DNA of 64,000 bases from Candidatus Parcubacteria bacterium (GCA_037076615.1 AP029158.1:527717-591716); one strand, 5' to 3'; positions 45,515-54,440 are shown, counted from the first letter of the stretch. Notes: generated by a model from the letters alone, not told the origin. Numbers and translations are program-made.

Positions 45515-45543
45515 ATATTAAACTAGAGCGAAAATGAAGTCAA
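45515..45543 (-). promoter_or_regulatory. sigma70-type promoter for tRNA-Gln
   Basis: On the minus strand: TTGACT, 17-nt spacer, TAATAT; 11 nt before the tRNA 5' end. Confidence 0.6.
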
Positions 45544-45554
45544 CTGATAAGCCT

Positions 45555-46463
45555 CTAAACGCGAGCATATTTCCGGACCGCTAACCAGGTGGCAATCAAA
45601 GTAACGGCAAAAACCGCACCAAATTGAGCGCCAAAAATGGACCAAGCATTATCAGTATAGAAAGAAATAATATTTACTGTATAGCCGGTAAAGAAAACCT
45701 CGAGATAGGGCTGCACGATTGATAAGAGCGGGAACAGAGAAACCGCCACAATCAGCGTTGCCACCAGGGCATAGAAAAAAGCCGAAAAAACATAGGGCAT
45801 GTAGATGAAAAAGTTAGAGGCCCCGACGAGACGCATAATCTCAATTTCCTGACGGTGGGTATAGATGGCCACCCTAATCGCATTATAAGCGACCAACAAG
45901 CCGATCAAAATAAAAATAACAATCAAAATTATACCAATTTCATTAAGCTTGTAAGTGATCTGATTAATCTTTTCTAAAATAACCGAGTTATCAGAGAAAT
46001 CTCGTGACTCCAGGGCATCACTTTCTAAAGCTTTTAAAGAAGTTATTAGGGCTTCGGAATTATCGAAATCAGCTGGGGTAATAATTAAGGAGGGTGAGAG
46101 CGGATTTTTTCCAATCTCCTTTAGAGCGTTTAAAATTTCCGGATTATTTTGGTTTTTGCTGCGAAAGTTTTCTAAAGCCTCGGCTTTAGAAATAAAAATA
46201 ACTTCTTTGACGTCCGCCAAACTCTCAACGCGCTGCTTGGTTTCTATAATCTGCGCTTCAGAGGCATCCGGTTTAAAATACAAACTGATATTGATTCTTT
46301 CTTTGACGGCCTCAACCGCATTTTCGCTAATCAATTTTACCGTGAATAAAGCATTCATGGAAAACAAGGCGAGCGCCAGAATGGTGACCGTCACAATCGA
46401 TAACCAAACATTACGGAAGATGTCTTGAAAACTAAATTTCAACGCGCGAATTAAAGAAATCAT
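45555..46463 (-). CDS. ftsX: Cell-division ABC transporter permease-like protein FtsX
   Basis: 302 aa. Four TM helices with a large first extracytoplasmic loop; follows ftsE. Confidence 0.88.
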   Translation of the reverse strand: MISLIRALKFSFQDIFRNVWLSIVTVTILALALFSMNALFTVKLISENAVEAVKERINISLYFKPDASEAQIIETKQRVESLADVKEVIFISKAEALENFRSKNQNNPEILNALKEIGKNPLSPSLIITPADFDNSEALITSLKALESDALESRDFSDNSVILEKINQITYKLNEIGIILIVIFILIGLLVAYNAIRVAIYTHRQEIEIMRLVGASNFFIYMPYVFSAFFYALVATLIVAVSLFPLLSIVQPYLEVFFTGYTVNIISFYTDNAWSIFGAQFGAVFAVTLIATWLAVRKYARV

Positions 46464-46468
46464 AAATT

Positions 46469-47149
46469 TTAGAGAAAATATTTGCCTCGTTCTTTATCAC
46501 TAATAATTACCCCTCGGTCCATGGTAATGACCCGGTGGCGCAATTGATTAACTATTTCTTTATTATGGGTAACCAAAACAACTGTCGTCCCAAATTGATT
46601 TATTTTTAAAAGCAAATTAATAATTTCATTGGCATTAATCGCATCCAGATTTCCGGTCGGCTCATCAGCTAATAAAATTTTCGGCTGGTGAACTAAAGCC
46701 CGAGCAATCGCTGCCCGCTGTTTTTCTCCGCCGGAAACTTCTCGCGGATAACGCCCCCCCTTGCCTTCCAAGCCGACAATTTTTAAAACACTGGGAACAA
46801 TCTTTTTTATTTTGGCACTGGAAGCCCCGCAGGCTTCAAGAGCAAAAGCGATATTTTCCGATAAAGTTTTTTTGGGTAATAATTTAAAGTCTTGAAAAAT
46901 AACACCAATTTGCCGACGCAAAAAAGAAACATCGCCACGACCAATTCTGGTAATATCCCAATCACCAACTAAAACCCGCCCCGAATCTACACGCTCCTCA
47001 CCAATTAAAATGCGCGAGAGGGTTGTTTTTCCGGCTCCTGACTGCCCGACAATAGAAACAAATTCACCAGGCTTAATATGAAGATTAATATCTCGCAAAA
47101 CCGGATTTTTATGACCGTAAGATTTATAAACTTTTTCAAAAGTAATCAT
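46469..47149 (-). CDS. ftsE: Cell-division ATP-binding protein FtsE
   Basis: 226 aa. Walker A GQSGAGKTT, ABC signature VSGGEKQR, Walker B ILLADEPT. Confidence 0.93.
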   Translation of the reverse strand: MITFEKVYKSYGHKNPVLRDINLHIKPGEFVSIVGQSGAGKTTLSRILIGEERVDSGRVLVGDWDITRIGRGDVSFLRRQIGVIFQDFKLLPKKTLSENIAFALEACGASSAKIKKIVPSVLKIVGLEGKGGRYPREVSGGEKQRAAIARALVHQPKILLADEPTGNLDAINANEIINLLLKINQFGTTVVLVTHNKEIVNQLRHRVITMDRGVIISDKERGKYFL

Positions 47150-47155
47150 ATCGGA

Positions 47156-48709
47156 TTATTGGCTTAATAAGCGTGTTCCGTATTGAATAAGTTGATCATT
47201 ATCAGTAAAACTAGCAGCCCGAGTGGGCGAACCAAAATTAACAGCGATCAGCTCGGCACCCGACTTAGTTGTAACCTTATTCATTAAGCAGTATAAAGAC
47301 TCGTGCAAATAACCAGTCTTGGTTCCTCCTAAATTATAAAGATTTTGCCCCACCCAAGGATTAGTATTTTTTAAACGATGACTTTCTTTAGTGTTTAAAG
47401 TAGAGAAATTATAATTAGCGGTGGTTGAAATTTTCTGAATTAAAGGATTCTTTAAAACCTCTTTGCTTATTATAGCATAATCATAAGGAGAGCTCACATT
47501 AGCCGGGGCAAGGCCAGTCGGCTCAATAAAACTCGTGCTAGCTGCTCCCCAAGCAGAGACTTTTTCGTTCATGCGTTTAATAAACTCCAACCGACTTACG
47601 CCACTATAGCGAACTAAAGTTTCAACCGCATTGTTCGCTGATCCAACTAATGCCGAATAAAGTAAATCTTTTAATGTCAAAGTATCCCCTTCTTTAAGGC
47701 GCAGACGCGCGGACTCCCAAGGCTCGCAATGCTCATAGTTATATTCTTCGTCTTGGAGTTTATAAGTGGCCACTGCTTCTAAATCAGGATTGGTATCTAA
47801 AAAAACTTGCGCCGCGACCAATTTGGATAAAGAGGCTAGCGGTTTTACCGTCTGACTATCTTTCTCCCACAAGACTTCTCCGGTTTTGGCATCCATCACA
47901 ATCCCTGACCAGCCCGCTAGAAGCGGTTCACCACCAGCCGGCCGGACAAGACTAATTACTGGGTCTAGAGATTTTAGCGGCTCAACTTTAACGTTAGTTA
48001 AGCCCTCACTTAAAAAAGCAATTTTTTGGAAAGCTTGTTTATCTAAATCAATTACCCGATTGGGGTGCAAGGCACGATTAGGGCCATAGTCATTAACAGT
48101 CACGTCAACAAACTTGCCATTATCTAAATTGTGAACCCGCAAAACACTGCCTTTGGCATAATCTGGTGAAGCCGCAAACATCCCGCCTTTATAGGCGTAC
48201 CAACTAGCCTGACCCGTAGCTAAAACTTTTTCATTAGCTAAAACTGCCAAGCGCACAAAAGTAAAAGGAACTTGAGCGCGCACCACTCGCCTCTGCGGAT
48301 TTTCAATGGTCGGCAACGGGTGCCAATTATTAGTAAAACGATCAAAGAAAAAAACTTGCTTATAGAGGTTGTCGGTTTCCGGGTTAGCCGGATAATCTAA
48401 TTCCACGCCATAGGTTTCGCCCGGTTTTAATTTTCCCTCCGGCAAACTGACTTGATAAATTGGCGTGAGAGGGACAAAATCCCAAGGAGGAGTTAAAGGA
48501 CCAATTTGAGCGAGAACAGAAATTGGTTTTTCATCAGAGCGAACAAAATCGGCAGCAATGAAAGAATCGTCCGGGCCAGCGACGGTAAGCGCCGCGCTGA
48601 TTTGAGGGTTAGCGGCGACCGGTAGTGGTGATAAAATATAAATACCAAAGAGCGAAACCAATATTATTAATAAAGTAGATTTTTTTAAGGCTGATTTATT
48701 TTTCATCAT
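47156..48709 (-). CDS. Secreted RlpA-like DPBB domain fused to S11 D-alanyl-D-alanine carboxypeptidase
   Basis: Start set to the ATG at 48709 (MMKNKSALKK... signal peptide); the longer track ORF reads through tRNA-Thr. The DPBB domain has ASWYAYKGG...VTVNDYGPN...VIDLDKQAF. The peptidase has SLSK (SxxK), SAN (SxN) and KTG. Confidence 0.82.
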   Translation of the reverse strand: MMKNKSALKKSTLLIILVSLFGIYILSPLPVAANPQISAALTVAGPDDSFIAADFVRSDEKPISVLAQIGPLTPPWDFVPLTPIYQVSLPEGKLKPGETYGVELDYPANPETDNLYKQVFFFDRFTNNWHPLPTIENPQRRVVRAQVPFTFVRLAVLANEKVLATGQASWYAYKGGMFAASPDYAKGSVLRVHNLDNGKFVDVTVNDYGPNRALHPNRVIDLDKQAFQKIAFLSEGLTNVKVEPLKSLDPVISLVRPAGGEPLLAGWSGIVMDAKTGEVLWEKDSQTVKPLASLSKLVAAQVFLDTNPDLEAVATYKLQDEEYNYEHCEPWESARLRLKEGDTLTLKDLLYSALVGSANNAVETLVRYSGVSRLEFIKRMNEKVSAWGAASTSFIEPTGLAPANVSSPYDYAIISKEVLKNPLIQKISTTANYNFSTLNTKESHRLKNTNPWVGQNLYNLGGTKTGYLHESLYCLMNKVTTKSGAELIAVNFGSPTRAASFTDNDQLIQYGTRLLSQ

Positions 48710-48721
48710 ATATATTTTTAG

Positions 48722-48750
48722 TTGACTAAGGGAGGCCTTCCTTTTATAAT
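48722..48750 (+). promoter_or_regulatory. sigma70-type promoter TTGACT-17-TATAAT for tRNA-Thr(CGU)
   Basis: TTGACT (48722-48727) and TATAAT (48745-48750); 9 nt before the tRNA 5' end. Confidence 0.65.
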
Positions 48751-48759
48751 CAAGGCAGT

Positions 48760-48832
48760 GCCGAGGTGGCTCAGTTGGTAGAGCAGCGCACTCGTAACGC
48801 GCAGGTCGTGGGTTCGATCCCCATCCTCGGCT
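48760..48832 (+). tRNA. tRNA-Thr (anticodon CGU)
   Basis: 73-nt cloverleaf: acceptor GCCGAGG/CCTCGGC, D arm GCTC-AGTTGGTA-GAGC, anticodon loop CTCGTAA, T arm GTGGG-TTCGATC-CCCAT. Confidence 0.88.
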
Positions 48833-48839
48833 CATTTTT

Positions 48840-48863
48840 AAAACCGGTAAGCCCGGTTTTTTT
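48840..48863 (+). terminator. Intrinsic terminator after tRNA-Thr(CGU)
   Basis: AAACCGG-TAAGC-CCGGTTT followed by a T-run. Confidence 0.7.
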
Positions 48864-49290
48864 AATGGAAGAAATAGGCCAACCAACGATTCCAATTAGC
48901 GGTTCGGGTATCAGCAACGGCCACTTCGGTATTTTTTAGGGGGGCTTCAGGGATATTTACGACCACGACAGTTTCATTCGGCTTTTTTAAGCCCTGGTTT
49001 AAGCGCGCGCGCTCCTCCAAACTATCACTGGACTGCAAATAATCAACCAATTCTTTTAGCTCCTCGCTTTTAGAAAGATAAGCTTCATTCTGCTCTTTTA
49101 AGGCTGCAATCTCTTTATCAATCGCCTGATTTTGGGTGACGGTTTTTAAAAGCGGTATGGAAACAGCGATTAAAACAAGCAAAAAAACTAACGCGAGAAG
49201 ACGCTGGCTGCTGAAAAATTGCTGCCAGATAGACTGTTTTTTGGGTCGCCTGGACAAGCGAGAAGATGTATATTTATTTAACTTACCCAT
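48862..49290 (-). CDS. ftsB: Septum formation initiator FtsB/DivIC family
   Basis: 142 aa. One TM helix, then a coiled coil (IAALKEQNEAYLSKSEELKE) and ...EERARLNQGLKKPNE. Confidence 0.75.
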   Translation of the reverse strand: MGKLNKYTSSRLSRRPKKQSIWQQFFSSQRLLALVFLLVLIAVSIPLLKTVTQNQAIDKEIAALKEQNEAYLSKSEELKELVDYLQSSDSLEERARLNQGLKKPNETVVVVNIPEAPLKNTEVAVADTRTANWNRWLAYFFH

Positions 49291-49331
49291 GACTGTAAAA
49301 AGTATTTTTATGATAGCAAATTTTTAAAAAT

Positions 49332-50924
49332 CTAACCATTTTCTTCGTTAAGCCTAGTTTTAGGAGTCACCCAAAAACCCATGTATTTACCGAGCATTAA
49401 GCGAATTTGCGCATCAAGACAAGGAACAGCTCCGAAAATAACGATATTAACCGGCACAAAAACCCATTCCAAGACTAAGCCGACTTTCTTTAAGCGAGAA
49501 TAACCTTTTGGTCTTGGGGGTAGGAGCAAACTAGAGACAAGCGCGGAGAGAATCATTCCGACCATTGCCAAGTTCATTAAAAATGAGGTCACCGCCGGCA
49601 AATTACCAGACAAAACTGTGCCATCAAATCTGGCCCCGCCTAAAAACACTGGCAGCCAGCCAATAACACCGATGATTAAAGCGCTGGTGCCCCAAGAATG
49701 AAAACCGTATAATTGAACCCAAATTTGTTTAAAAACTTTTTTACGTTGCGGTGTCTTTTTTGGTAATTTAGAATAATTAAATACCAGATAGGCAACATTT
49801 TCGGCGCCCCAAGCCCAACGTCGCTGTTGTTTATACAAACTAACGGCGGTTGATTTAAAATCTTTGTCGGCCGTAATATCCATGGAGATGGTGGTATATA
49901 AAGGCTCGGTGCGATAATCACCTTCATAGTGCATTAAACAGTGGAAGAAAATCCGTGAATCTTCGCTCACCATCTTCGGCGACCAAAAATCAATATCGGT
50001 TAAGGCGCGCCAAGTCATGGAGTGGGAAGAATAAGTAACTAACTTGTCTTGACGAACCTGCATCATCATTTGCCAAAAAGTATTTGAAGCAGCAGAAACA
50101 CGGGAGAAAAAAGGAGCCGACCAAATATTATTATGATACAAAGGTACCGGTTGATAAGAAGCGCGATGCGGGCGAGAAACGGTTAAAAATTTATAAGTCA
50201 GTAGGAAAAAATAATCGGGGCTAATGACGGTATCAATATCAAAAACTGAAACTAAAATATCGTCATAAGGAATATTTTGCGGATCAATAATATCTTTTTT
50301 TACTTGACGGCCAGCCCAAGCTTGATTGGCGCCCTTCCCCTTAATCTCGCCAACAATTCCATCAGGATGGAAAGTAATAATAAAATTGCCAAAACTATCG
50401 CCGTATTCTGCCTGAATTTGCCCAGCGCGTTCTCGCGCCGCTTCCCCGGCCCTTTCTTCCATGGCCAAAGCAACAATCATTTTGTTTTTTGGCCAAGACG
50501 CCCTTTTTATAGAATCTAAGGCAGTTCTAATAATGCCAATATCCTCATTATAGGTAGGCAGAATAATTAACTGATAAACATCCGTCCAAAGAAGACCTTT
50601 TTTAGTTAAACAGTCGGCCGGCAAATCTGGTCTATTCACACTGAGCGTTTGACAACGCTCGGACCAATTAATTTTTTTATTTTTCTGAACGTTGCGATAA
50701 GAAACAATTAAATAAATCGCCATGTACAAAACCTGAATCAACCAATAAGTGTCAAAGGCGATCATAAAATAAGCCACCCAGCTCGGCCGGAAATAAGACA
50801 AAACCGTTAAAATTAAAAGTGTCCCTAAAGATAAAATTCCCGGCAAAGATTCTAAGAATCGATAGAAACGATAGTCGCGACCGGTCAGTTCAGTGGCTCG
50901 GCCAATTTTTAAATAATCAGTCAT
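49332..50924 (-). CDS. Processive family-2 glycosyltransferase (CesA/chitin/hyaluronan-synthase-like)
   Basis: 530 aa. TM helices flank a cytosolic GT2 domain with VFDIDT (DxD) and QQRRWAWG (QxxRW). Confidence 0.75.
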   Translation of the reverse strand: MTDYLKIGRATELTGRDYRFYRFLESLPGILSLGTLLILTVLSYFRPSWVAYFMIAFDTYWLIQVLYMAIYLIVSYRNVQKNKKINWSERCQTLSVNRPDLPADCLTKKGLLWTDVYQLIILPTYNEDIGIIRTALDSIKRASWPKNKMIVALAMEERAGEAARERAGQIQAEYGDSFGNFIITFHPDGIVGEIKGKGANQAWAGRQVKKDIIDPQNIPYDDILVSVFDIDTVISPDYFFLLTYKFLTVSRPHRASYQPVPLYHNNIWSAPFFSRVSAASNTFWQMMMQVRQDKLVTYSSHSMTWRALTDIDFWSPKMVSEDSRIFFHCLMHYEGDYRTEPLYTTISMDITADKDFKSTAVSLYKQQRRWAWGAENVAYLVFNYSKLPKKTPQRKKVFKQIWVQLYGFHSWGTSALIIGVIGWLPVFLGGARFDGTVLSGNLPAVTSFLMNLAMVGMILSALVSSLLLPPRPKGYSRLKKVGLVLEWVFVPVNIVIFGAVPCLDAQIRLMLGKYMGFWVTPKTRLNEENG

Positions 50925-50928
50925 GTCT

Positions 50929-51504
50929 TTAATTGATAATGCCTTCTTTTTTTAAAGCAAAAAAACAGCGGGCGGTCGCCTCAACATCGACCAGCGCATC
51001 ATGAGCGTCTTCAAAGCCTTTATTAAATAAACGATTATGGAGCTCATTTAAATTAGGCCATTTATACCCACCACGACCATTAGCGATGGCGCAGAAATTA
51101 ACACTACTTTTCATAGTACAAATTTGCGTCGCGTTGTCTAAAGGATTTTTTTCACCCAAACGATAATATTCAGCACCCAGAATGTGGTAGTCAAAATCAA
51201 TATTATGGCCAATAACAAAACCGGCCTTATTAACCTCTTCAGTAAAAAAATCCAAGACCTCTTCTAAGGGGCGCCCCTCTTTTAAAGCCCGCTCTTGGCT
51301 AATGCGATGAATTTTAGACGCCTCTTCGGGAATCACAAAGCCTTCGGGTTTAATAATAAAATCGTAACTCTCCCATTTATTACCCTCGGCGTCATACCAA
51401 AGCCAGGCCAACTGCACCAGCCGCGGCCAATTATCCGAGTCGGAAACCGGAGCTTTATAATTTTTCGGCAAACCAGTTGTTTCGGTATCAAAAAATAAAT
51501 ACAT
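50929..51504 (-). CDS. DEDDh 3'-5' exonuclease (DnaQ/PolIII-epsilon-like)
   Basis: 191 aa. ExoI FFDTETTG, ExoII GHNIDFDYHIL, ExoIII HDALVDVEATARC. Confidence 0.85.
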   Translation of the reverse strand: MYLFFDTETTGLPKNYKAPVSDSDNWPRLVQLAWLWYDAEGNKWESYDFIIKPEGFVIPEEASKIHRISQERALKEGRPLEEVLDFFTEEVNKAGFVIGHNIDFDYHILGAEYYRLGEKNPLDNATQICTMKSSVNFCAIANGRGGYKWPNLNELHNRLFNKGFEDAHDALVDVEATARCFFALKKEGIIN

Positions 51505-51529
51505 AAAATTTTCGGGCGCTCAGTCAGCT

Positions 51530-53461
51530 TTATTTTTTAGTAAAATCAATTTCTTCGCCGGCCTCTAAATCCTCGCCGCTCGGCCACTTATCTAAAATTG
51601 GCGAGTCTAAATAAGAACTTTTTTTGAGAGAAGCGGACGCTGGTTTTTCGGTTGGCTTCTGTGGCTGTCCTTTAAAATCGCGTAAAGCCGCCTGCGCTAA
51701 ATCGGAGAGGGATAAAGCGGGGCCGCTCGCCGACTGATCGGCAAAGGGCTCCATGGCGGAGGGCGTAAAAGGGCGGACCTTCATCGGATTAGACTTCTTG
51801 GCGGGAGCTGTTCCAGTTGAGGCTTTCTGATAATTAACCGCTTTATTTTTAACAGGAGCTGCGGCTGGTCGCCTCGGTGAGCGCGGTGCCGGTGCCAGGG
51901 GCGGGGCTGATTGGGGGGCACTGACACTTAGTTTAGGAGTATTAATAGGTGGAGCCTTTTGCTCTAACTCTTGGCGACGCTCTTCCTTTTTCTTACTTAA
52001 ACACTGTTTACAAAAAACTGGTCGCACCCCATCGGGCTCAAAAGGAGTATAGGTGGTCGTGCCGCAAAGAGCACAAATTGAAGGAAATCCTTCCGGCGTA
52101 GAAGTTTCTTTGGGGCGAGGAGAAGCATGAACCGCCCGTTCACGAATAATGCGTTGCTCATTTAAAGCTGTCTCTTCCGCGTTAGCTTGATACCAACGTA
52201 CAATTTGCTCCTCAACCTCTTCGCGAGGAGTGGCGTAATGATCTCTGGACCAATTAATCGCGGCTTCTTCTTGACCGGTACGTTCGACTTTAGATAAAGG
52301 CGGTAGTCCTCGCGCTGAAAATGGCGTTGAAGCCACCCCGTCAATCATTAACTTGAGGTACATTTCGTATTTTGGCAAATTGACCAAATCTTCCTCGTTA
52401 AAAGTTGGTAAAAATTCCCTGGCTAATTCTTCAGCATCAGAGGCACCAACTCTAAAAGCAATCATCGTGCCGACGTTACCAAAAACCGCCGGTTTAACTT
52501 TTTCATTTAGCTGCTCAATATATTGATGAGCCAAAATCAAATTAAGTCTATACTTACGAGCCTCTGATAAAATATTAGCAAAGGAATCGGTAGAAAAATT
52601 CTGGAACTCATCAATATATAAATAGAAATCTCGACGCTGCTCCTCAGGAATATCGACGCGACTCATCGCCGCTAACTGAATCTTAGTAATCATCATTGCT
52701 CCCAGTAGAGCAGAATTATCTTCACCAATGCGGCCTTTAGATAAATTTAATATTAAAATCTTTCCTGTATCCATTACTTCGCGCAAATCAATAGAGGATT
52801 TTATTTGGCCAACAATATTACGCATCAAAGAACTGGATAGAAATTGACCAACCTTATTTTGAATTGGTGAAACCGCTTCCGAGGCAAATTTATCGGCATA
52901 GCCGGTAAACTCATTTTCCCAGAAAGCTTTAACAACCGGATCTTTGATATTAGCGACTACTCTTTTGCGGTAGGGCTTATCACTCAGCATGCGCACTACC
53001 CCCAGAAGAGTAGAACCAGGGTAATCTAAAATCGCTAAAATAGCATTACGCAAAATATACTCTAAGCGTGGCCCCCAAGAATCAGCCCACAATTTTTGAA
53101 AAACACCAATTAGACCAGAGGCAACTAAATGCTGCAGCCGACTGTCAACTTGTTCCACGACGTTAAAAGCAATCGGATAATCAATATCCGCCGGATTAAA
53201 ATAAATTACATCCTTAATCCTCTCCTCAGGAATATAGGCCATTACTTTTTCTGCTAAGTCGCCATGAGGATCGACGACCGCGACGCCACGACCAGCGCGA
53301 ATGTCATCAATAATCATATTTTCCAAAACTGTGGATTTCCCCATGCCGGTCTTCCCAATTAAATACATATGCCGGCGGCGATCGTCGGATTTAATACCAA
53401 ACTTTTTTCGTTGATTACGGAAAGTCGTTTCGGCAAAAACCGCAATTTCTGAATTAGACAT
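51530..53461 (-). CDS. TraD/VirD4-like (DUF87-type) P-loop ATPase with C-terminal CxxC-x17-CxxC zinc ribbon
   Basis: 643 aa with no TM. Walker A GKTGMGKST, Walker B FYLYIDEFQNF, CALCGTTTYTPFEPDGVRPVFCKQC (exactly CxxC-x17-CxxC), then a Pro/Ala-rich tail. Confidence 0.7.
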   Translation of the reverse strand: MSNSEIAVFAETTFRNQRKKFGIKSDDRRRHMYLIGKTGMGKSTVLENMIIDDIRAGRGVAVVDPHGDLAEKVMAYIPEERIKDVIYFNPADIDYPIAFNVVEQVDSRLQHLVASGLIGVFQKLWADSWGPRLEYILRNAILAILDYPGSTLLGVVRMLSDKPYRKRVVANIKDPVVKAFWENEFTGYADKFASEAVSPIQNKVGQFLSSSLMRNIVGQIKSSIDLREVMDTGKILILNLSKGRIGEDNSALLGAMMITKIQLAAMSRVDIPEEQRRDFYLYIDEFQNFSTDSFANILSEARKYRLNLILAHQYIEQLNEKVKPAVFGNVGTMIAFRVGASDAEELAREFLPTFNEEDLVNLPKYEMYLKLMIDGVASTPFSARGLPPLSKVERTGQEEAAINWSRDHYATPREEVEEQIVRWYQANAEETALNEQRIIRERAVHASPRPKETSTPEGFPSICALCGTTTYTPFEPDGVRPVFCKQCLSKKKEERRQELEQKAPPINTPKLSVSAPQSAPPLAPAPRSPRRPAAAPVKNKAVNYQKASTGTAPAKKSNPMKVRPFTPSAMEPFADQSASGPALSLSDLAQAALRDFKGQPQKPTEKPASASLKKSSYLDSPILDKWPSGEDLEAGEEIDFTKK

Positions 53462-53466
53462 AGTAA

Positions 53467-53736
53467 TTAATAATAAAGCTTATCCGGCAAAGAAGCGATT
53501 AATTCTTTTAAATAGCCGGGTAAAAAAATAATTCCTAGAATAATGGGGATAGCTATTATCAACGCCTGGACTACAAACCAGACCTGTCGCCACTTGATAA
53601 AGCGCTTAATAAGCTTTAAATCATTAGAAATTTTTTTCTGATCTTCTTTTATTTTTGTTAACTCTAAAAGAAGCCGAGATGGAGAATCTGAGGAAAAATT
53701 TTCTTTTTTTTCTAAATCTAAGGTCTCATTTGACAT
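53467..53736 (-). CDS. Small tail-anchored membrane protein (89 aa)
   Basis: Charged N-terminus plus one TM helix (VWFVVQALIIAIPIILGIIFL). Overlaps the nrdG 3' end by 19 nt. Confidence 0.5.
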   Translation of the reverse strand: MSNETLDLEKKENFSSDSPSRLLLELTKIKEDQKKISNDLKLIKRFIKWRQVWFVVQALIIAIPIILGIIFLPGYLKELIASLPDKLYY

Positions 53737-54440
53737 AATTTAACATATTTTTTTCCCACGGCGGCCATAGCGATCATTTCTTCGTCCTTAAAAGGTGGGG
53801 CCGACTCTAATTGCTGGTCCACCAAAGGGGTATCAGATTTAAATTTCTGTAAATACCAAGCATCTGCCCCGGAAATCATAGAACCCATTTCGCTAATATC
53901 AGCTAATTCTATAAATCCAGGAACTAAAGTAGTGCGGAATTCATGAGGCAAACCACTATTAATTACTAGTTTAGCACTTTTTTGAATCTTCTTACAGTCA
54001 AACAGCACCCCAACTAGACGAGAATATTTTTGTAAAGGGGCTTTTAAATCCATCGCTAGATAATCAATTAAACCCGCAGCTAACAATTCTTTGAGCATCT
54101 GCGGATTAGTGCCATTGGTGTCCAATTTTACCACAAATCCTAAAGCTCTAATTTTTTTAATGAAATCCGGTAGATCGGCGTGTAGGGTCGGCTCCCCGCC
54201 AGTAATTACTACTCCATCTAATTTTCCTCGCCGACTCTCTAAAAAAAGAAAAAACTCATTCTCGGAAATCTGAGAATCAGTTTTTTCATATTTTTTCCGC
54301 TTCGCTTCCGCCGCCGGTATAACTAATAAAGGATTGTAACAAAAATGACAGCGAAAATTACATCCTTGAGTAAAAACAATCGCCGCCACTTTATCGGGAA
54401 AATCTAAGAGCGTAATTTTTTCCAGGCCACCAATAATCAT
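53718..54440 (-). CDS. nrdG: Anaerobic ribonucleoside-triphosphate reductase activating protein
   Basis: 240 aa. LLDFPDK...GCNFRCHFCYNP radical-SAM motif and VVITGGEPT. Confidence 0.9.
   Translation of the reverse strand: MIIGGLEKITLLDFPDKVAAIVFTQGCNFRCHFCYNPLLVIPAAEAKRKKYEKTDSQISENEFFLFLESRRGKLDGVVITGGEPTLHADLPDFIKKIRALGFVVKLDTNGTNPQMLKELLAAGLIDYLAMDLKAPLQKYSRLVGVLFDCKKIQKSAKLVINSGLPHEFRTTLVPGFIELADISEMGSMISGADAWYLQKFKSDTPLVDQQLESAPPFKDEEMIAMAAVGKKYVKLCQMRP

Noticed and set aside
48710-48895. N-terminal extension of the 579-aa track ORF (MESLVGLF...GWGSNPRPARYECAALPTEPPRH...).
   Set aside because: This stretch is the antisense translation of tRNA-Thr(CGU) and its terminator. The real CDS starts at the ATG at 48709 with a signal peptide.
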